DNA of 64,000 bases, from the IMG/VR virus record IMGVR_UViG_3300033146_000850, positions 62,064-126,063 of that record; one strand, written 5' to 3'. The translations under genes and the position numbers were made by a program. Source of the stretch: a virus. The notes under the pieces were generated by a model, which saw nothing but the letters and a program-made list of their open reading frames with translations, ran no database searches and was not told the origin of the DNA. Numbering within the stretch: position 1 is the first letter of the stretch; each line of letters starts with the position of its first letter. Below, one piece after another: positions 1-12,200 of this stretch.

Positions 1-522
1 AGAATATAAATTAGATGTATATATATAAGCATAGTTACTTATAACGTGATTAGATGTGTTTATTAATTTTTTCATATTATAATATTTACAACTAGGACAA
101 TATTTCTTCATTTTGTCAGTGAGGTCACCTTTAATATTAACACATTCCTCTGCTGTTGCACTATACGATTTAGATGATAATAATTTACATTCATAATTAA
201 CAGCCCCATTTACTTTTAACATATTAAATTTGTCAGAATATGAATCTTCATATTGTTGTAATAGAGTATTTGTATGAGCAACTATAAATGAAGTTTTTCT
301 ATTGTTTTTTGTATTTTCATTTGTTAGATTATATAGTAATTCTGATGTTAATATTGCAATTAAACTTTTACCAATACCTGTAGATGCAGACAAAACAACA
401 TTCTTCTTTTTCTCATCAATAAAAAGTGTTAATATATCATTAATAATATCCACCTGTCTTTCTCTAGGTGTTAAATTATAATAATCAAAAATATCCTCAA
501 TGTTTTGTCTGTAATCACTCAT
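1..522 (-). CDS. DinG/Rad3-like SF2 helicase, N-terminal part (runs off window; absent from ORF track)
   Basis: Manual translation MSDYRQNIEDIFDYYNLTPRERQ...VVLSASTGIGKS (Q motif, Walker A)...HTNTLLQQY...NYEC...EEC...YCPSC (Fe-S-type Cys)...HVISNYAY; GGAGG RBS upstream. Confidence 0.8.
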   Translation of the reverse strand, partial: MSDYRQNIEDIFDYYNLTPRERQVDIINDILTLFIDEKKKNVVLSASTGIGKSLIAILTSELLYNLTNENTKNNRKTSFIVAHTNTLLQQYEDSYSDKFNMLKVNGAVNYECKLLSSKSYSATAEECVNIKGDLTDKMKKYCPSCKYYNMKKLINTSNHVISNYAYIYTSNLYS

Positions 523-581
523 TTATTCCTCCAATAAATCCAACAACATAATAATTATATCATAATAATTATAACATAGTA

Positions 582-610
582 ATTATATCACAATATAATA
601 TCAAAGTCAA
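582..610 (-). promoter_or_regulatory. sigma70-type early promoter for helicase
   Basis: TTGACT-17nt-TATAAT with extended TG. Confidence 0.7.
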
Positions 611-657
611 ATAAATAAATAAATAAACATATGTATTATATAATAGGAGAAATAATT

Positions 658-1518
658 ATGAAAAAACAACACATTAAAGAGACTTTACTTTCAGATTTGG
701 AAAAGGCTATGGAAGAACCCAAAAAAAATATTCCAGCTGATGATGTTGAAGAGCTTACAATTAAGCCTGGTTCAAATACTGATTATGATTTATATGTAAA
801 AAAACTTATGGATGATGAATATTGCTTCAAAAAAGATAATATATCTAATTTGAAACAAGGTAATAGACGTGATGCAATTAAAGAGCTTGGAGATGATATA
901 TCTAATGAGCAATCACCTGGAAACCCCAATGTAAATCGAATGTATCGGTTTAGAAATAATGATAATACACCTACAAAAATCGATATTAAAAACAATATAT
1001 TACAAGGTGATGAGATTAGCAATAATCCTGTTGAATTACAAGCTGGCAAGTATCGTTTTAAAAATAATGATATGTCAGGTAATTGGAATGTTGGTGATGA
1101 GATTACTATTCCACAAAGATTATCATTTAAAAAAAATATACTTGGTAAATTAGTTTTTGAAATAGATGTTAATGATACAAAAGCATATATAACTAAAGAT
1201 TTCTTAGAGAAAATAGAAAATATAACAGAAGACGAAGGTGGTGGAGGAGATGTTGGTGGTGGTGAATCAACTGATGGTGGAATAATGACCTCAACAAATA
1301 ATATTTCAACATATGCAACACCTTTTACTAAAAATTCAGTTCAAAAAAGAAAAAATCCTAATATGTTTTTAACAGATGACGAAGAAGTTGTTGAAGAAGA
1401 TGGTAGTGATTTTTCCTGGACTTGGAGCAAAGTTAAAAATCCACAGACAAAACATGAACAACCCGCTATTGATGATGATTTAATAAAAAAATTAAAAATT
1501 CATACACATAACAGTTAA
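658..1518 (+). CDS. hypothetical acidic protein
   Basis: ORF 631..1518; AGGAG RBS favours ATG at 658. Confidence 0.6.
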   Translation: MKKQHIKETLLSDLEKAMEEPKKNIPADDVEELTIKPGSNTDYDLYVKKLMDDEYCFKKDNISNLKQGNRRDAIKELGDDISNEQSPGNPNVNRMYRFRNNDNTPTKIDIKNNILQGDEISNNPVELQAGKYRFKNNDMSGNWNVGDEITIPQRLSFKKNILGKLVFEIDVNDTKAYITKDFLEKIENITEDEGGGGDVGGGESTDGGIMTSTNNISTYATPFTKNSVQKRKNPNMFLTDDEEVVEEDGSDFSWTWSKVKNPQTKHEQPAIDDDLIKKLKIHTHNS

Positions 1519-1592
1519 AACAATAGAAATCAAGTTATATTAATATTTAAATCATAAATATTAATATAAATTGAACCTAAAGAGGGATTAAA

Positions 1593-4013
1593 ATGTCAAA
1601 TATAAATTTAATTGCAACAAATTTTGAAGATATTAAAAAGACAATTATAAATAAATATAAAAATGACCCAGATAGTCCATTTTTAGACTATGATTTTCAA
1701 GGTAGTGCTTTAAATTATCTAATAGATATACTATCTTATGCTACAATGTATAATAACTATTATAGTTCAGTTGCTATTAATGAATTATATTTACCATATG
1801 CTCAAAAAAATAAAAACATATACGCACTTGCAAACTCTTTGGGTTATTTACCTAGAAGACCATCAAGTTCAATCGCATATATTAGACCAGAATTACCAGA
1901 AATATATAATCCTGATTTAACTAAAGATATTGTTATACCTGTTTATACTAAATTAAAATCTCAAAAAGGATTGAACTATATTTTAATGGAAGAAATACGA
2001 TTCAGATATAATTTAGCAACAAATAAATGGTGTACTGTAAAAAATAACATTTTTGAACCTGATGATTCCCCATATTATTATAAAATTAAACAGGGTCAAT
2101 TCCAACAAGTGACATTTTTACCAACACAGCAACCATTACAACGGGTATTTATAGATAAATTAAACATTGATAATGCTCACGATTCAATATTAGTTCAAGA
2201 TACCACAAATTATGAATATTGGACACCATTTTATGATATTTCAGATTTTAATCTTGATATATCTCACGATAATATATTTAATAATAATGTTACAGTAGAA
2301 GAACTCAAAAATGAAATAATTATCGATGATTTATGGGATAATTTTATATTAAATTTAAATTCAGCAAAAACATTTTTTTTAAGTGGTGATGAAGCTGGAA
2401 CATATATTAATTTTGGTGACGGCACGCTAGGTGCTATACCTGAAAACCAAATGGATATATTATATATATTGACAGAGGGTGAAAATGGTAACGGTGATAC
2501 TATATTTGATTTTAGTGGTGTTGTAGATTACTCCAAAACTGATGGTAGTGTTGGAACTATAAACCTTAAAAATGTAAATGCAATAATACAACATAATACA
2601 TCATCAACAGGTGGAAGTAAAGCAGAAACAGCTGAATCAGTAAGACGTTTAGCTCCATCTTTTAATAATACACAGAATAGAGAGGTTACCGAAACTGATT
2701 ATGAGGCATTTTTAATGCAACAAAACTCGGTTCAATTGAATAATGTTAAGTGTATAGGTGGTGAAAAATTAAAACCTATAAAAATGGGAGCGATTGGAAT
2801 TTGTGCAAGCAAAACTACCGCTAATAATGATATCAAGGCATCTTTATTAACAGATACAGAAAAAGAACTGCTACGTTTTATATTAAAAAATCAAAACATA
2901 GTCTCAATAAATCCAATATTTATACCACCCGAATTTGTCCGAATAAATATTGATACTACTATATATTATAATCCAATTCTATATGAAGATTATAGGGTAT
3001 TTCAATCCGCTGATTCCGCAATTAAAACATATTTCTCAATGATTCAAGGGTTTAAAAAATACTTTAAATCTTCAAATTTAATATCTGTATTTGATAAGTT
3101 GCCAGAAATAGACCATAATTTAACAACTGCTGACCTTGAATATATTAAACTGATTAAAAAAGAAAATATTCAAGAGTATATGTATATTAATTTTGGTAAT
3201 AATAACCCATTAATGAAAAATAGTATAACGAAAACAAAAACATCTGAATATTTCTTGAAAATATTCAATAATAATACATTCTACGATTGGACTGAATACG
3301 ACAAAATCAATAACCAATCAGGAATATTCATCAAACCTGATGGTGTTAGCTCTTGGGACTTTTCTAAATTTCAACACTCCTCAATCACAAATAAAAGTAA
3401 AATACATAAGATATTTTTATATGATTTAGTAGAGGAATATACTGATAATTCAAATGTTGGTAATCTATATCTTGTTGAAAAAATGCCTCACAAATTAAAA
3501 GCTGTCAGGATAAACAATAATAATGATTTTCCATACTTTTTTAAATATGAAGATGTTCAAGAAACAGGTAAACGCAAATTAATAGGTGAAGTACAATATA
3601 ATACTGGGTTAATTAGATTATATTTAGATAATCTATCTTTTAGATATCTTAAAAATAATAAAAAAAGTAGAAGAATTGCAATTGAAACAGTTAAAAATGA
3701 AAAATTTGTTGTTACTAACACCGGAACTGAAAAAATCATTACATATACAGATATAGATAATAAAAACGATGCATATAGTGATTATGATGATATATTTTTC
3801 AATGAATATCCTTTTGATAGTGTTAGTAATCTACCTTGGCACGAATCCCCAACACCAACAATTTTTGAACCAAATACCAGAACTGTTACTGATGAGTTCT
3901 TTTTAGAGTTCGGTTTTGATACTGTAAGGGAAGATTTTCAAAGTCAAGGTAATATGATTTTAACACTCGGTGATTGGGTTGTTAAAAAAATTAAAGAGGT
4001 TAATAAAAAATGA
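1593..4013 (+). CDS. gp6: baseplate wedge subunit (T4 gp6-like)
   Basis: DYDFQGSALNYLIDILSY, LANSLGYLP, FGDGTLG, GGSKAETAESVRRLAP...QNREVTETDY motifs. Confidence 0.9.
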   Translation: MSNINLIATNFEDIKKTIINKYKNDPDSPFLDYDFQGSALNYLIDILSYATMYNNYYSSVAINELYLPYAQKNKNIYALANSLGYLPRRPSSSIAYIRPELPEIYNPDLTKDIVIPVYTKLKSQKGLNYILMEEIRFRYNLATNKWCTVKNNIFEPDDSPYYYKIKQGQFQQVTFLPTQQPLQRVFIDKLNIDNAHDSILVQDTTNYEYWTPFYDISDFNLDISHDNIFNNNVTVEELKNEIIIDDLWDNFILNLNSAKTFFLSGDEAGTYINFGDGTLGAIPENQMDILYILTEGENGNGDTIFDFSGVVDYSKTDGSVGTINLKNVNAIIQHNTSSTGGSKAETAESVRRLAPSFNNTQNREVTETDYEAFLMQQNSVQLNNVKCIGGEKLKPIKMGAIGICASKTTANNDIKASLLTDTEKELLRFILKNQNIVSINPIFIPPEFVRINIDTTIYYNPILYEDYRVFQSADSAIKTYFSMIQGFKKYFKSSNLISVFDKLPEIDHNLTTADLEYIKLIKKENIQEYMYINFGNNNPLMKNSITKTKTSEYFLKIFNNNTFYDWTEYDKINNQSGIFIKPDGVSSWDFSKFQHSSITNKSKIHKIFLYDLVEEYTDNSNVGNLYLVEKMPHKLKAVRINNNNDFPYFFKYEDVQETGKRKLIGEVQYNTGLIRLYLDNLSFRYLKNNKKSRRIAIETVKNEKFVVTNTGTEKIITYTDIDNKNDAYSDYDDIFFNEYPFDSVSNLPWHESPTPTIFEPNTRTVTDEFFLEFGFDTVREDFQSQGNMILTLGDWVVKKIKEVNKK

Positions 4014-5230
4014 TAACCAATTCTATTGTTAATAAAAAATATCTAAGTATTATGGTTGATAGATTCTTCTCTAGATATCAACACGAAGAACAACCTCAAT
4101 TTGTAAATTTCGTAAAACAATGGTTTAAATATGCCGAAGAATCTTATATTGATGAAGATGGGTCCACTAAATTTTCATTCTGGAGGACTTTAAGTAATAT
4201 AGAGGATTTTATAGACATAGATAAAGTGCCAAATGAATTGTTAAAGTATTTTATGGAACATTATGCTAATAATTTTAGTAATATTATTGAAAATATTCCA
4301 TTTTTTGTGGAATGGGATATTGATTCTTGGGGTAATAGACATAGAGTTAAAGATTCGAATGGTAATATTATATATAGATACGATAATATTAGAATGTTTT
4401 TAAAAACATCTAGGAAATTTTTTCTATCTAAGGGTAGCTACTATTCTTTTATGTATCTTTTTAAATTGTTTGGAGGTTCATTGGAAATTATTCCACTAGA
4501 TAGAGATATTATTAGAACTAGTGACCCTAGACACTTGTTAAGTGCTCCAAACCCTAAAACAAATAGAATGAGCCACGTTCACGGAATAGACCCAGACCCT
4601 TATGACCCAAATCGTAAAACTATTAAAGTTAATAGTATAGGTGGAATTATCCCAATTAGAGATTGGTGGTATACTTTCTATTCTTATAAAATAATAACAG
4701 ATTTGAGTGAGGAGTTTTACAAACCTATCGTGTTGGAAATATGTCATCCAGCAGGTATGAAATGTACTTGGAAAGAAAAAATAGATACAAGTAAATTGGA
4801 TGGTTGGGGATATAATTCCTGGGGTAATATTAACGAAAACGATAAAAACTCCTGGGGTAATTTACTTGGAATATCTGAAAATCAACAAGTGTCATTAAGT
4901 ACTACTTTTATTAAATTTAATAACACCAGCCCTAATTTAATGACTAACTATCGTGAAATCGAAATTAGAAATATTGGAGAACAACCATTAGAAATATATA
5001 ACATCTCATCATCGGATAATTTAAACTTTACATTGATATTCGATGGGATAGATGCTGGACACACTCCAATAGTATCTATTCCTCTCATAATTAACTTTGG
5101 TGAGACGAAAACCTTTGCGGTAAGGTTTAACCCTAAGTCGATAGGTTTTAAAGCCTCTACCATCGTTATTGACTCAAATAGTGAAATTAATAATATTAAA
5201 AATATTGAAATAGAGGGATATTGTGTTTAA
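4010..5230 (+). CDS. baseplate wedge protein (gp7-like N-terminus) with C-terminal ASH/choice-of-anchor-D Ig-like domain
   Basis: FVNFVKQWFKY, FFLSKGSYYSFMYLFKLF, HPAGMK motifs; C-terminal IRNIGEQPLEI...VRFNPKSIG...IVIDSN; follows gp6. Confidence 0.7.
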   Translation: MITNSIVNKKYLSIMVDRFFSRYQHEEQPQFVNFVKQWFKYAEESYIDEDGSTKFSFWRTLSNIEDFIDIDKVPNELLKYFMEHYANNFSNIIENIPFFVEWDIDSWGNRHRVKDSNGNIIYRYDNIRMFLKTSRKFFLSKGSYYSFMYLFKLFGGSLEIIPLDRDIIRTSDPRHLLSAPNPKTNRMSHVHGIDPDPYDPNRKTIKVNSIGGIIPIRDWWYTFYSYKIITDLSEEFYKPIVLEICHPAGMKCTWKEKIDTSKLDGWGYNSWGNINENDKNSWGNLLGISENQQVSLSTTFIKFNNTSPNLMTNYREIEIRNIGEQPLEIYNISSSDNLNFTLIFDGIDAGHTPIVSIPLIINFGETKTFAVRFNPKSIGFKASTIVIDSNSEINNIKNIEIEGYCV

Positions 5231-6069
5231 TAAACATTTCTAACACATATTATTTGGTGCAACTCTTCTTGATTTTCTACTACCAATTCCCCATCTAAAC
5301 CATCACCATTAATTACATTGATGTAATTTAATGCTGTTCCAGGCATAACATCTACATTATAAACCCAATATGACATTATAAAACCAGGTATTTTTGATAG
5401 TTCTACCAATGGTGGAAACATTGTAGCTGGGTTTTGATATTTTGTATTTATAATAGTTCTCCAGTCTGTTAATTTTGGCACTCTCCAAGTTCCAACCATC
5501 TCATTACACCTCATATAGTTCCTACCATATGTGAACATTTTCGAAGTTGGGTTTACTGCCCATTCTAATTTATTTCTTTTATCCGTATATCTATCACCAT
5601 ACATATCACTACCACTATATTCGTATATACTATTACATATTGTAGAGTTACCATAATGAATACAATCTAAATGGTCATATCTACAGGTGTCATTCGGAAA
5701 ACACTCTTGTCCATCGTGACCATAATTATCAAATAAATCACCATCAGATAAATCACCATCAGATAATTCACCATCAGATAATTCATCGTTATCAATTAAT
5801 TCATCATCAGACACCTCATCATCAATTAATTCTTCATCAGATAATTCCTCATTATCAATTGTTTCCACATCATTAGAAATATTTTCACTATCAACAAGTA
5901 CATCAACATCAATCAACTCATTAACATCAGATATTTCTTCATTGTCAACATCAATAATTGTAGATGAATCAGGAGCTTCAATATAAACTATTTTCTCTAT
6001 AGTTCGCCCTTCCTCTCCACAGGAAAATAACAACATCATTAAAATCATCACCATAACATAAATTCTCAT
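5227..6069 (-). CDS. lipoprotein with acidic linker and C-terminal DUF1566/Lcl-like (C-type lectin fold) domain
   Basis: Lipobox LLFSC; D/E-rich repeats; LEW...C...WRVPK...SYW...ICVR pattern; GGAG RBS supports ATG at 6069. Confidence 0.7.
   Translation of the reverse strand: MRIYVMVMILMMLLFSCGEEGRTIEKIVYIEAPDSSTIIDVDNEEISDVNELIDVDVLVDSENISNDVETIDNEELSDEELIDDEVSDDELIDNDELSDGELSDGDLSDGDLFDNYGHDGQECFPNDTCRYDHLDCIHYGNSTICNSIYEYSGSDMYGDRYTDKRNKLEWAVNPTSKMFTYGRNYMRCNEMVGTWRVPKLTDWRTIINTKYQNPATMFPPLVELSKIPGFIMSYWVYNVDVMPGTALNYINVINGDGLDGELVVENQEELHQIICVRNVY
5731..5850 (-). repeat. 15-nt imperfect coding repeats (D-G/E-E/D-L-S/I)
   Basis: atcagataaatcacc / atcagataattcacc / atcaattaattcatc units. 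Confidence 0.7.
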
Positions 6070-6109
6070 AATAATCTCCATTTTAAAATATAAAACTAAA
6101 CACAAATTC

Positions 6110-6138
6110 ACTATATCACATATTAATCAACATGTCAA
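6110..6138 (-). promoter_or_regulatory. sigma70-type early promoter for lipoprotein
   Basis: TTGACA-17nt-TATAGT with TG extension. Confidence 0.7.
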
Positions 6139-6263
6139 GTTTTTTATTAATTTATTTTTAAAAAAATGAAAATACTAAATATTTATAAATCTATAAACAA
6201 TGAGAATATAGGTAAATAATATAAATATAAAATATAATTTAATTAATCGTAGGGGATTAACAC

Positions 6264-9200
6264 ATGGACATTTTAAACAGAAAAGGTTTACAATATAGTA
6301 ATTATTTTGATGACTTCTTTAAGGAAGGTGGTTTTGCTGATAAATATAGACAAATATTATTCCACCCAGGAAGGGTTCTACAAAGTAGAGAATTAACCCA
6401 ATTACAAACTTTATTAAATGAATATAGTAAGGCACATTTAGATAATGTTTTTAAAAATGGGAGTGTTGTTCAAGGATGTTATTTAACAACGTTTCACGAT
6501 GATGACAATAACACTGATTATATAAAATTAGAGGACGGTTTGGTATATTTTGATGGTAGTATGTATAAAATATCAGACCTCAAATTAGAACTTAATAATG
6601 ATTTTAAACATATATTGGAATCACAAACACCTATAAACAAAATAAATGCAACCATTGGTATAATGGTTAATTATGAAATAATTTCAAATACAGGTGATTT
6701 ATCTGGTGTGGATTCAGATGAACAATTGTCATTATTAGACCCTGCAATACAATATTTTGATGCTGAATCTACTATCGGTGCAGATAGATTAAAAGTATAT
6801 TTTAATCTTGTGTTGAAAATTAAGGCTAATTCGACAGATTATACTTATTTTTACAATAATGATGGGTCTGTTATAAACACATCAGAATTTGATTATGAAA
6901 ACATTCATTATTTTGATGTTGCTAGAACTCTAATATCTTATGGTGATGTTGTATGGGAGCCAAATACATCATATCATGAAAATCAGATAATTATACCTAC
7001 AATATCTAATGGGTATAAATATAAAGTAACAACTCCTGGTGATAGTGGTGTAATCGAGCCAATATGGTCATTAATTATAGGTAACACTAATATTGATAAT
7101 ACAATAACGTGGACAAATGATGGTGTTGAATCAACTAAATATTCCACAGAAAATGTTTCGTATCTAAATAGAAACTATAAATTTAAAGATGTTGATGATG
7201 GAGTAACAAATATCGAGGATTCTATATTAGAAGGGTTAGATATACAATCTAACAATGACCTTGATTTGAATATAAACTCAATCATTAATAAGCAAAATGA
7301 TATATATAATAACCTAACTTATTTTAATGTTTCAAAAGGTATAGGTAAAATAAACGGAGAACACGTACCAACAGTAAAAAATACATTGTTTAAATTTGAT
7401 AAACCATCTAAATTACCTGATGGAAGTAATAGTGGGGTGAATACCGAGGCTATCAATAGTTATAAAGATGATAATTCAAATGAAGGTGTATATTTTAAAT
7501 ATTTCGTAGAAAATAATCATTATTCTAGAATAGGGGCTGGACCATACTCGTTTGACCATTCAGAAAATTTCCAATTTATGTCCGTGGGTCGTAGGGTAGC
7601 AATTCAAGAATATGATAACTCTAATGGATTATATTATACAATAGCAAAGGCAAATATTTGTAATATTGATAATAAATATAATACAATAACTGATTTTAAT
7701 CAACCTGAATCCTGGGATAAGTTTAAATATAAAGGTTTTTGGAAAGAAAACGAAAAATCATTATATATAGAGGGTATAACTGAAATAGATGAAAACGTTG
7801 CTAAACTCTATCGGGATTCTTCGAACTCATATACTTTAAAATTAACTGAACCAGTTGCATACGATATTTTAAATAATAATTGTAATGGTGGATTGCAAGC
7901 TATTGGTCAAATATTCAACTATGAAGATGTTGAATTTGAATATAAATATGTAATGTCGGCATCTGTTGAACCAGGTATCCCAAATTTCACATCAACTATG
8001 TATGTAGTGAAACACTCTAGTTTCAATTTAAATACGGCTGAACTTTTCAACAATAGTAAAGGCGGAATAATAATAATTAATAACGAGCTTTACACTATCG
8101 TAGGAGCTACACATATAACTGGAACTACCACCATACGTCTACAATTAGCTAGAATTGACTATACTTATATGTTAAATGTAGATGGGTCTTATTCTTATAA
8201 TCCATCAATGAGAGCCACCGATGACATCACAACCAAACAATCCACACCAGGTAATTATACACACGATATCAAATTTATAAAATACCACTTAGTTAAAAAT
8301 ATATTAGACGATACAACATTTACAATAGAATATAACGATAATAATACATCCGACTGGTCACAGCTACCAACAAATCAAAATTTAGCTGAAAAATTTATAA
8401 CTATAACGTCCCCTTGGGATGATATGAATGGTTTCCAAACAATAATACGAAACTCGACTAATAATAAAATCGACCAACGTGATAAAGTAATAACATATGA
8501 ACCTATTGTTCCATATTTATTTAATAAATATCACATTTTCGCTGGGGATAGTCTTAGATTATTAAATGATATAACTCAAACAATACCTAAAAATAATTAT
8601 AATCAAATTGGAGATGAGATAAATTTGAACCCAGGATATACCACAACATTGATGAAACCTGGGGATAGAATATATAATGGAATTACAAATAAAAATAATG
8701 TTTGTATCATTAAAGAAATTATAGATGACAACCGTCTACGTATAATAAGTAGTGAGAGTGGATGTGAAATTGCCACTATTACTTATTATACCAGTTATCC
8801 AGGTACTCCTACTATTTATGAGTATATAATAACATTAACTGATAGTTATATTATAGATGAAGAGATACTCAAACGTGGGGATTACATAAAAATACCTGGT
8901 GATAATTTATCCATAACAGATATCTCTAGTGGAACAATAACAGCTTTAGGATATAATAATAATAATACATACTGTGGACCGTTTACATTTGGGGATATGC
9001 TAAGCCAAATTGTAGAAGATTTACATTACACCATAGGTGCAGATTTTTATAATTATAAAATTGAAAATAATGATATTTTTTGGGATTTCAAAATAGAAGA
9101 TATTAAAAATATTGGCAATCCTAACAATGCAAATCAAACCAATGATAATTCATTTGCTGACAGCAACAATCTAGGCACGTTTAATATATCATACCATTCT

Positions 9201-12200
9201 TCTAATTTTAAAAATACATATCTGAATGATATAATATTTGAAACAGGATATTCCCTGAATAGTATTATAGATAATGACAAATCTCAAAGAATAGTATTTG
9301 TGGATGAACTTGGTAACTTGAATTATGACCACGTAATAGAAAAAGGAGTTAACATTTTAACAACACCAAATCTATTAATAGATGATGATATATTAAATGA
9401 TTTTAACGATTTATCTTTACCTTTTGTTGAGGATGAATTAATAGATTATTCCGTTAACACGTTAGTGAATCTCGATACAGAAATAACAAATATAGATATT
9501 GAGGGAAATGTTGATTATGCATCTTTTAATTTTAATTCCAGTGAAAATATACTAGGTATATTTCAAGCATATGGAAATACAAATAAAGATATAGATATGT
9601 TTATTAAATTACAAGGAACTGGTGTACACGATGAAAATAAAGTTGTATTTACAAGAATACAAGATAATGTCAATGTTGATTATATTATTAATCATCAAGG
9701 ACATATTATTAATGATAACGGAGCTGGTTCAGGTGATTTAGGTATAAATATTAAACATTTCAACACCAATAATAATGTTGAAAATATAACATTCAATATC
9801 GCATCATTTGGAGAAGGGTCATCCATTGGTCGTGATTATCAAATTATGGGAGACACAGGGGAAATAATAAACGTAGAAAAAGCATCTGGAATGAAGTTTT
9901 TTGTGAATTTAGATATGTCTGTTGATAATTATACTTACCATACAGTTAATGAAACGATGTCAGTGGCTGACCACACAGTTGACCCATCCACATTCGATAT
10001 ATATAAGAGTGACACAGAGAATAACGTAATACATAGTAAATCCGCATTTTTTGACCCATTAACACACGTTGGAAAGGTTTTTTATATAAAAGATGTGAGC
10101 CAAGGTGCATTAGATACTAAATATTATTTCTTTTTAATTAAAAGTGTTGAATCTACAACTACAATCAAAGTGTATGGGGAAGTTCCTGATAAATTCAAAC
10201 GAACAATGACAGTTTCAGGTAATTATAGCTATGTTCCACACAGTGGATTTGTAATAATAGACTCCTCAAGGATTATTACCTCAAATATTACAGGATATCC
10301 AAATAACAAATTATGGTTACCATACGAGGATTCATTTAAATTTCAGTTATCAGCATATATATTAAGTTATGAAGATGAGAACCTAGATTTTACATTTACT
10401 AACTCATCAAATTTAGATGGAACTATTATTATTGAAGATGAAATTAAATTAGAAGTTAATGACCCTATAACACTATCACTATATAAGAAAGTAAGTAAAG
10501 ATGAATTGTGGGATGGAAACACAATAACACCAGGGGTAAATATTAATAATATAGATTTATGGGGTTCATATCATCCATTTATGAGAATAAGAGAAAATTT
10601 AACAAAAAAATATGGTAAACCACTATCTTATAACCACGAGCCAATACTATATCCTACTGAACACACAGAGCTTAGAAGTGTTAGTTATTCACCAACAGTT
10701 GAAATAGAATATAATTATATATTACCAGATGTTGTTCATTTTCATTTAAATACGAATGGAACGATAACACATTTAAAAACAGCACCTCAACAATATAATA
10801 ATATTCAACCTTTTTATATACAGGATAAATTATACATTGGAACAAATATAATACCACCTACATTGGATAATAAATCTTTTTTAACTACAGGAAATCAAAT
10901 ATTTAATTTTAATAAAGATATAGTAGAGTATTTTGATAATCGGAAAGTTCAAAGTAATGTTAAGACAAATAACAATTTACTAACATTACAAGATATATAT
11001 GCATTAGAACGAAGGGACTTATATTTTTCAACAGGTAAAACTTTCACTTATTGGGAACTTGGATATGGGACTATAACACCTAGATTAAGTAAAATTTTTA
11101 ACGTTACCAACCCGAATGGACTATATAATCACACACATTACGAATATAAATGGAATAAACTGGTTGGAAACAATGCGGAGTTTATGTCTCAATTACATTC
11201 AAACGATGTTATTGGAATATTTAAAATTCCAGAAACAATAACTAATGTTGAAAACAATCCTGATTCAAAAATTTATAATACACCAACTGAAATATGCAGA
11301 ATTAAACAAATATTAAACAATAACGAGTTAATAATAGATGGTGAGTTAACCACTAGAGCAAATGTTTTACCGTCCTTTGATATTATATTATTACCATCAT
11401 CTTTTAATTATAATAAACCATTACTAAGTTTCGATTATATAGTAACATCAGGTCAATGCATACCATCACAATGGTATATTAAACGTGAACAAGAAATCAA
11501 TTATATTCAATATTTAATGAATAAAAATGAATATTCTATATATAACATATTAAATAATGATATGTCATTTGGTGATGGATATAGGATTTTAAAACAACGT
11601 GAAAAAAAAATATCATTTCAAGAATTTCTAAGTCAGAATCAACCATTTAGAGTTCCTGGAATTGATGTTTTTAATAATGAAATTTTACCAATATTTCAAA
11701 AATTAGGTGGTAAAATAGATTTAGATATAACATCTAGCACAAAGTTTAAACAATATGGAAGAGAATTACCTACTAACCACGAACAGAATTATAATATAAC
11801 ATTAAATCCAATAGATAGTTTTAAAATATTAGACACTAATATATATGAAACAGGGACAATTAAATTTAATAATGAAAATATAGTAAATGATATAAAATTC
11901 ACTTTAAACGATTCATTAACATTAAACAGTGGGTTCTATGTTGGGGATACTATATACTCTTATAAAGGTGGTGCATTACTAAATTTTAAAAATGATGATA
12001 ATAACAACCAAAATATTAACTGGGATTTTATAAATACCGAACAATTTTTTAACATTAGTAGTGTTATGAGTAAATCAAATGACATCGATTATAATTATAT
12101 ATTAACTAATAAGGTATCTATTAATCCAAAAAATAATTATAAATATTTATTCAGACCAACAACATTTATAAATACAAGTGTTATAGATAATGTTAAATTA

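Noticed and set aside
1030-1230. ADP-ribosyltransferase-like pattern (YR...VGD.I...LSF...VFEI) in the 658 ORF
   Set aside because: Lacks the R-G, S-T-S and E-x-E catalytic signature; too weak to call
5227-5500. DUF1566 C-terminus as a diversity-generating retroelement target
   Set aside because: No template repeat or reverse transcriptase seen in this window; cannot be excluded elsewhere in the genome
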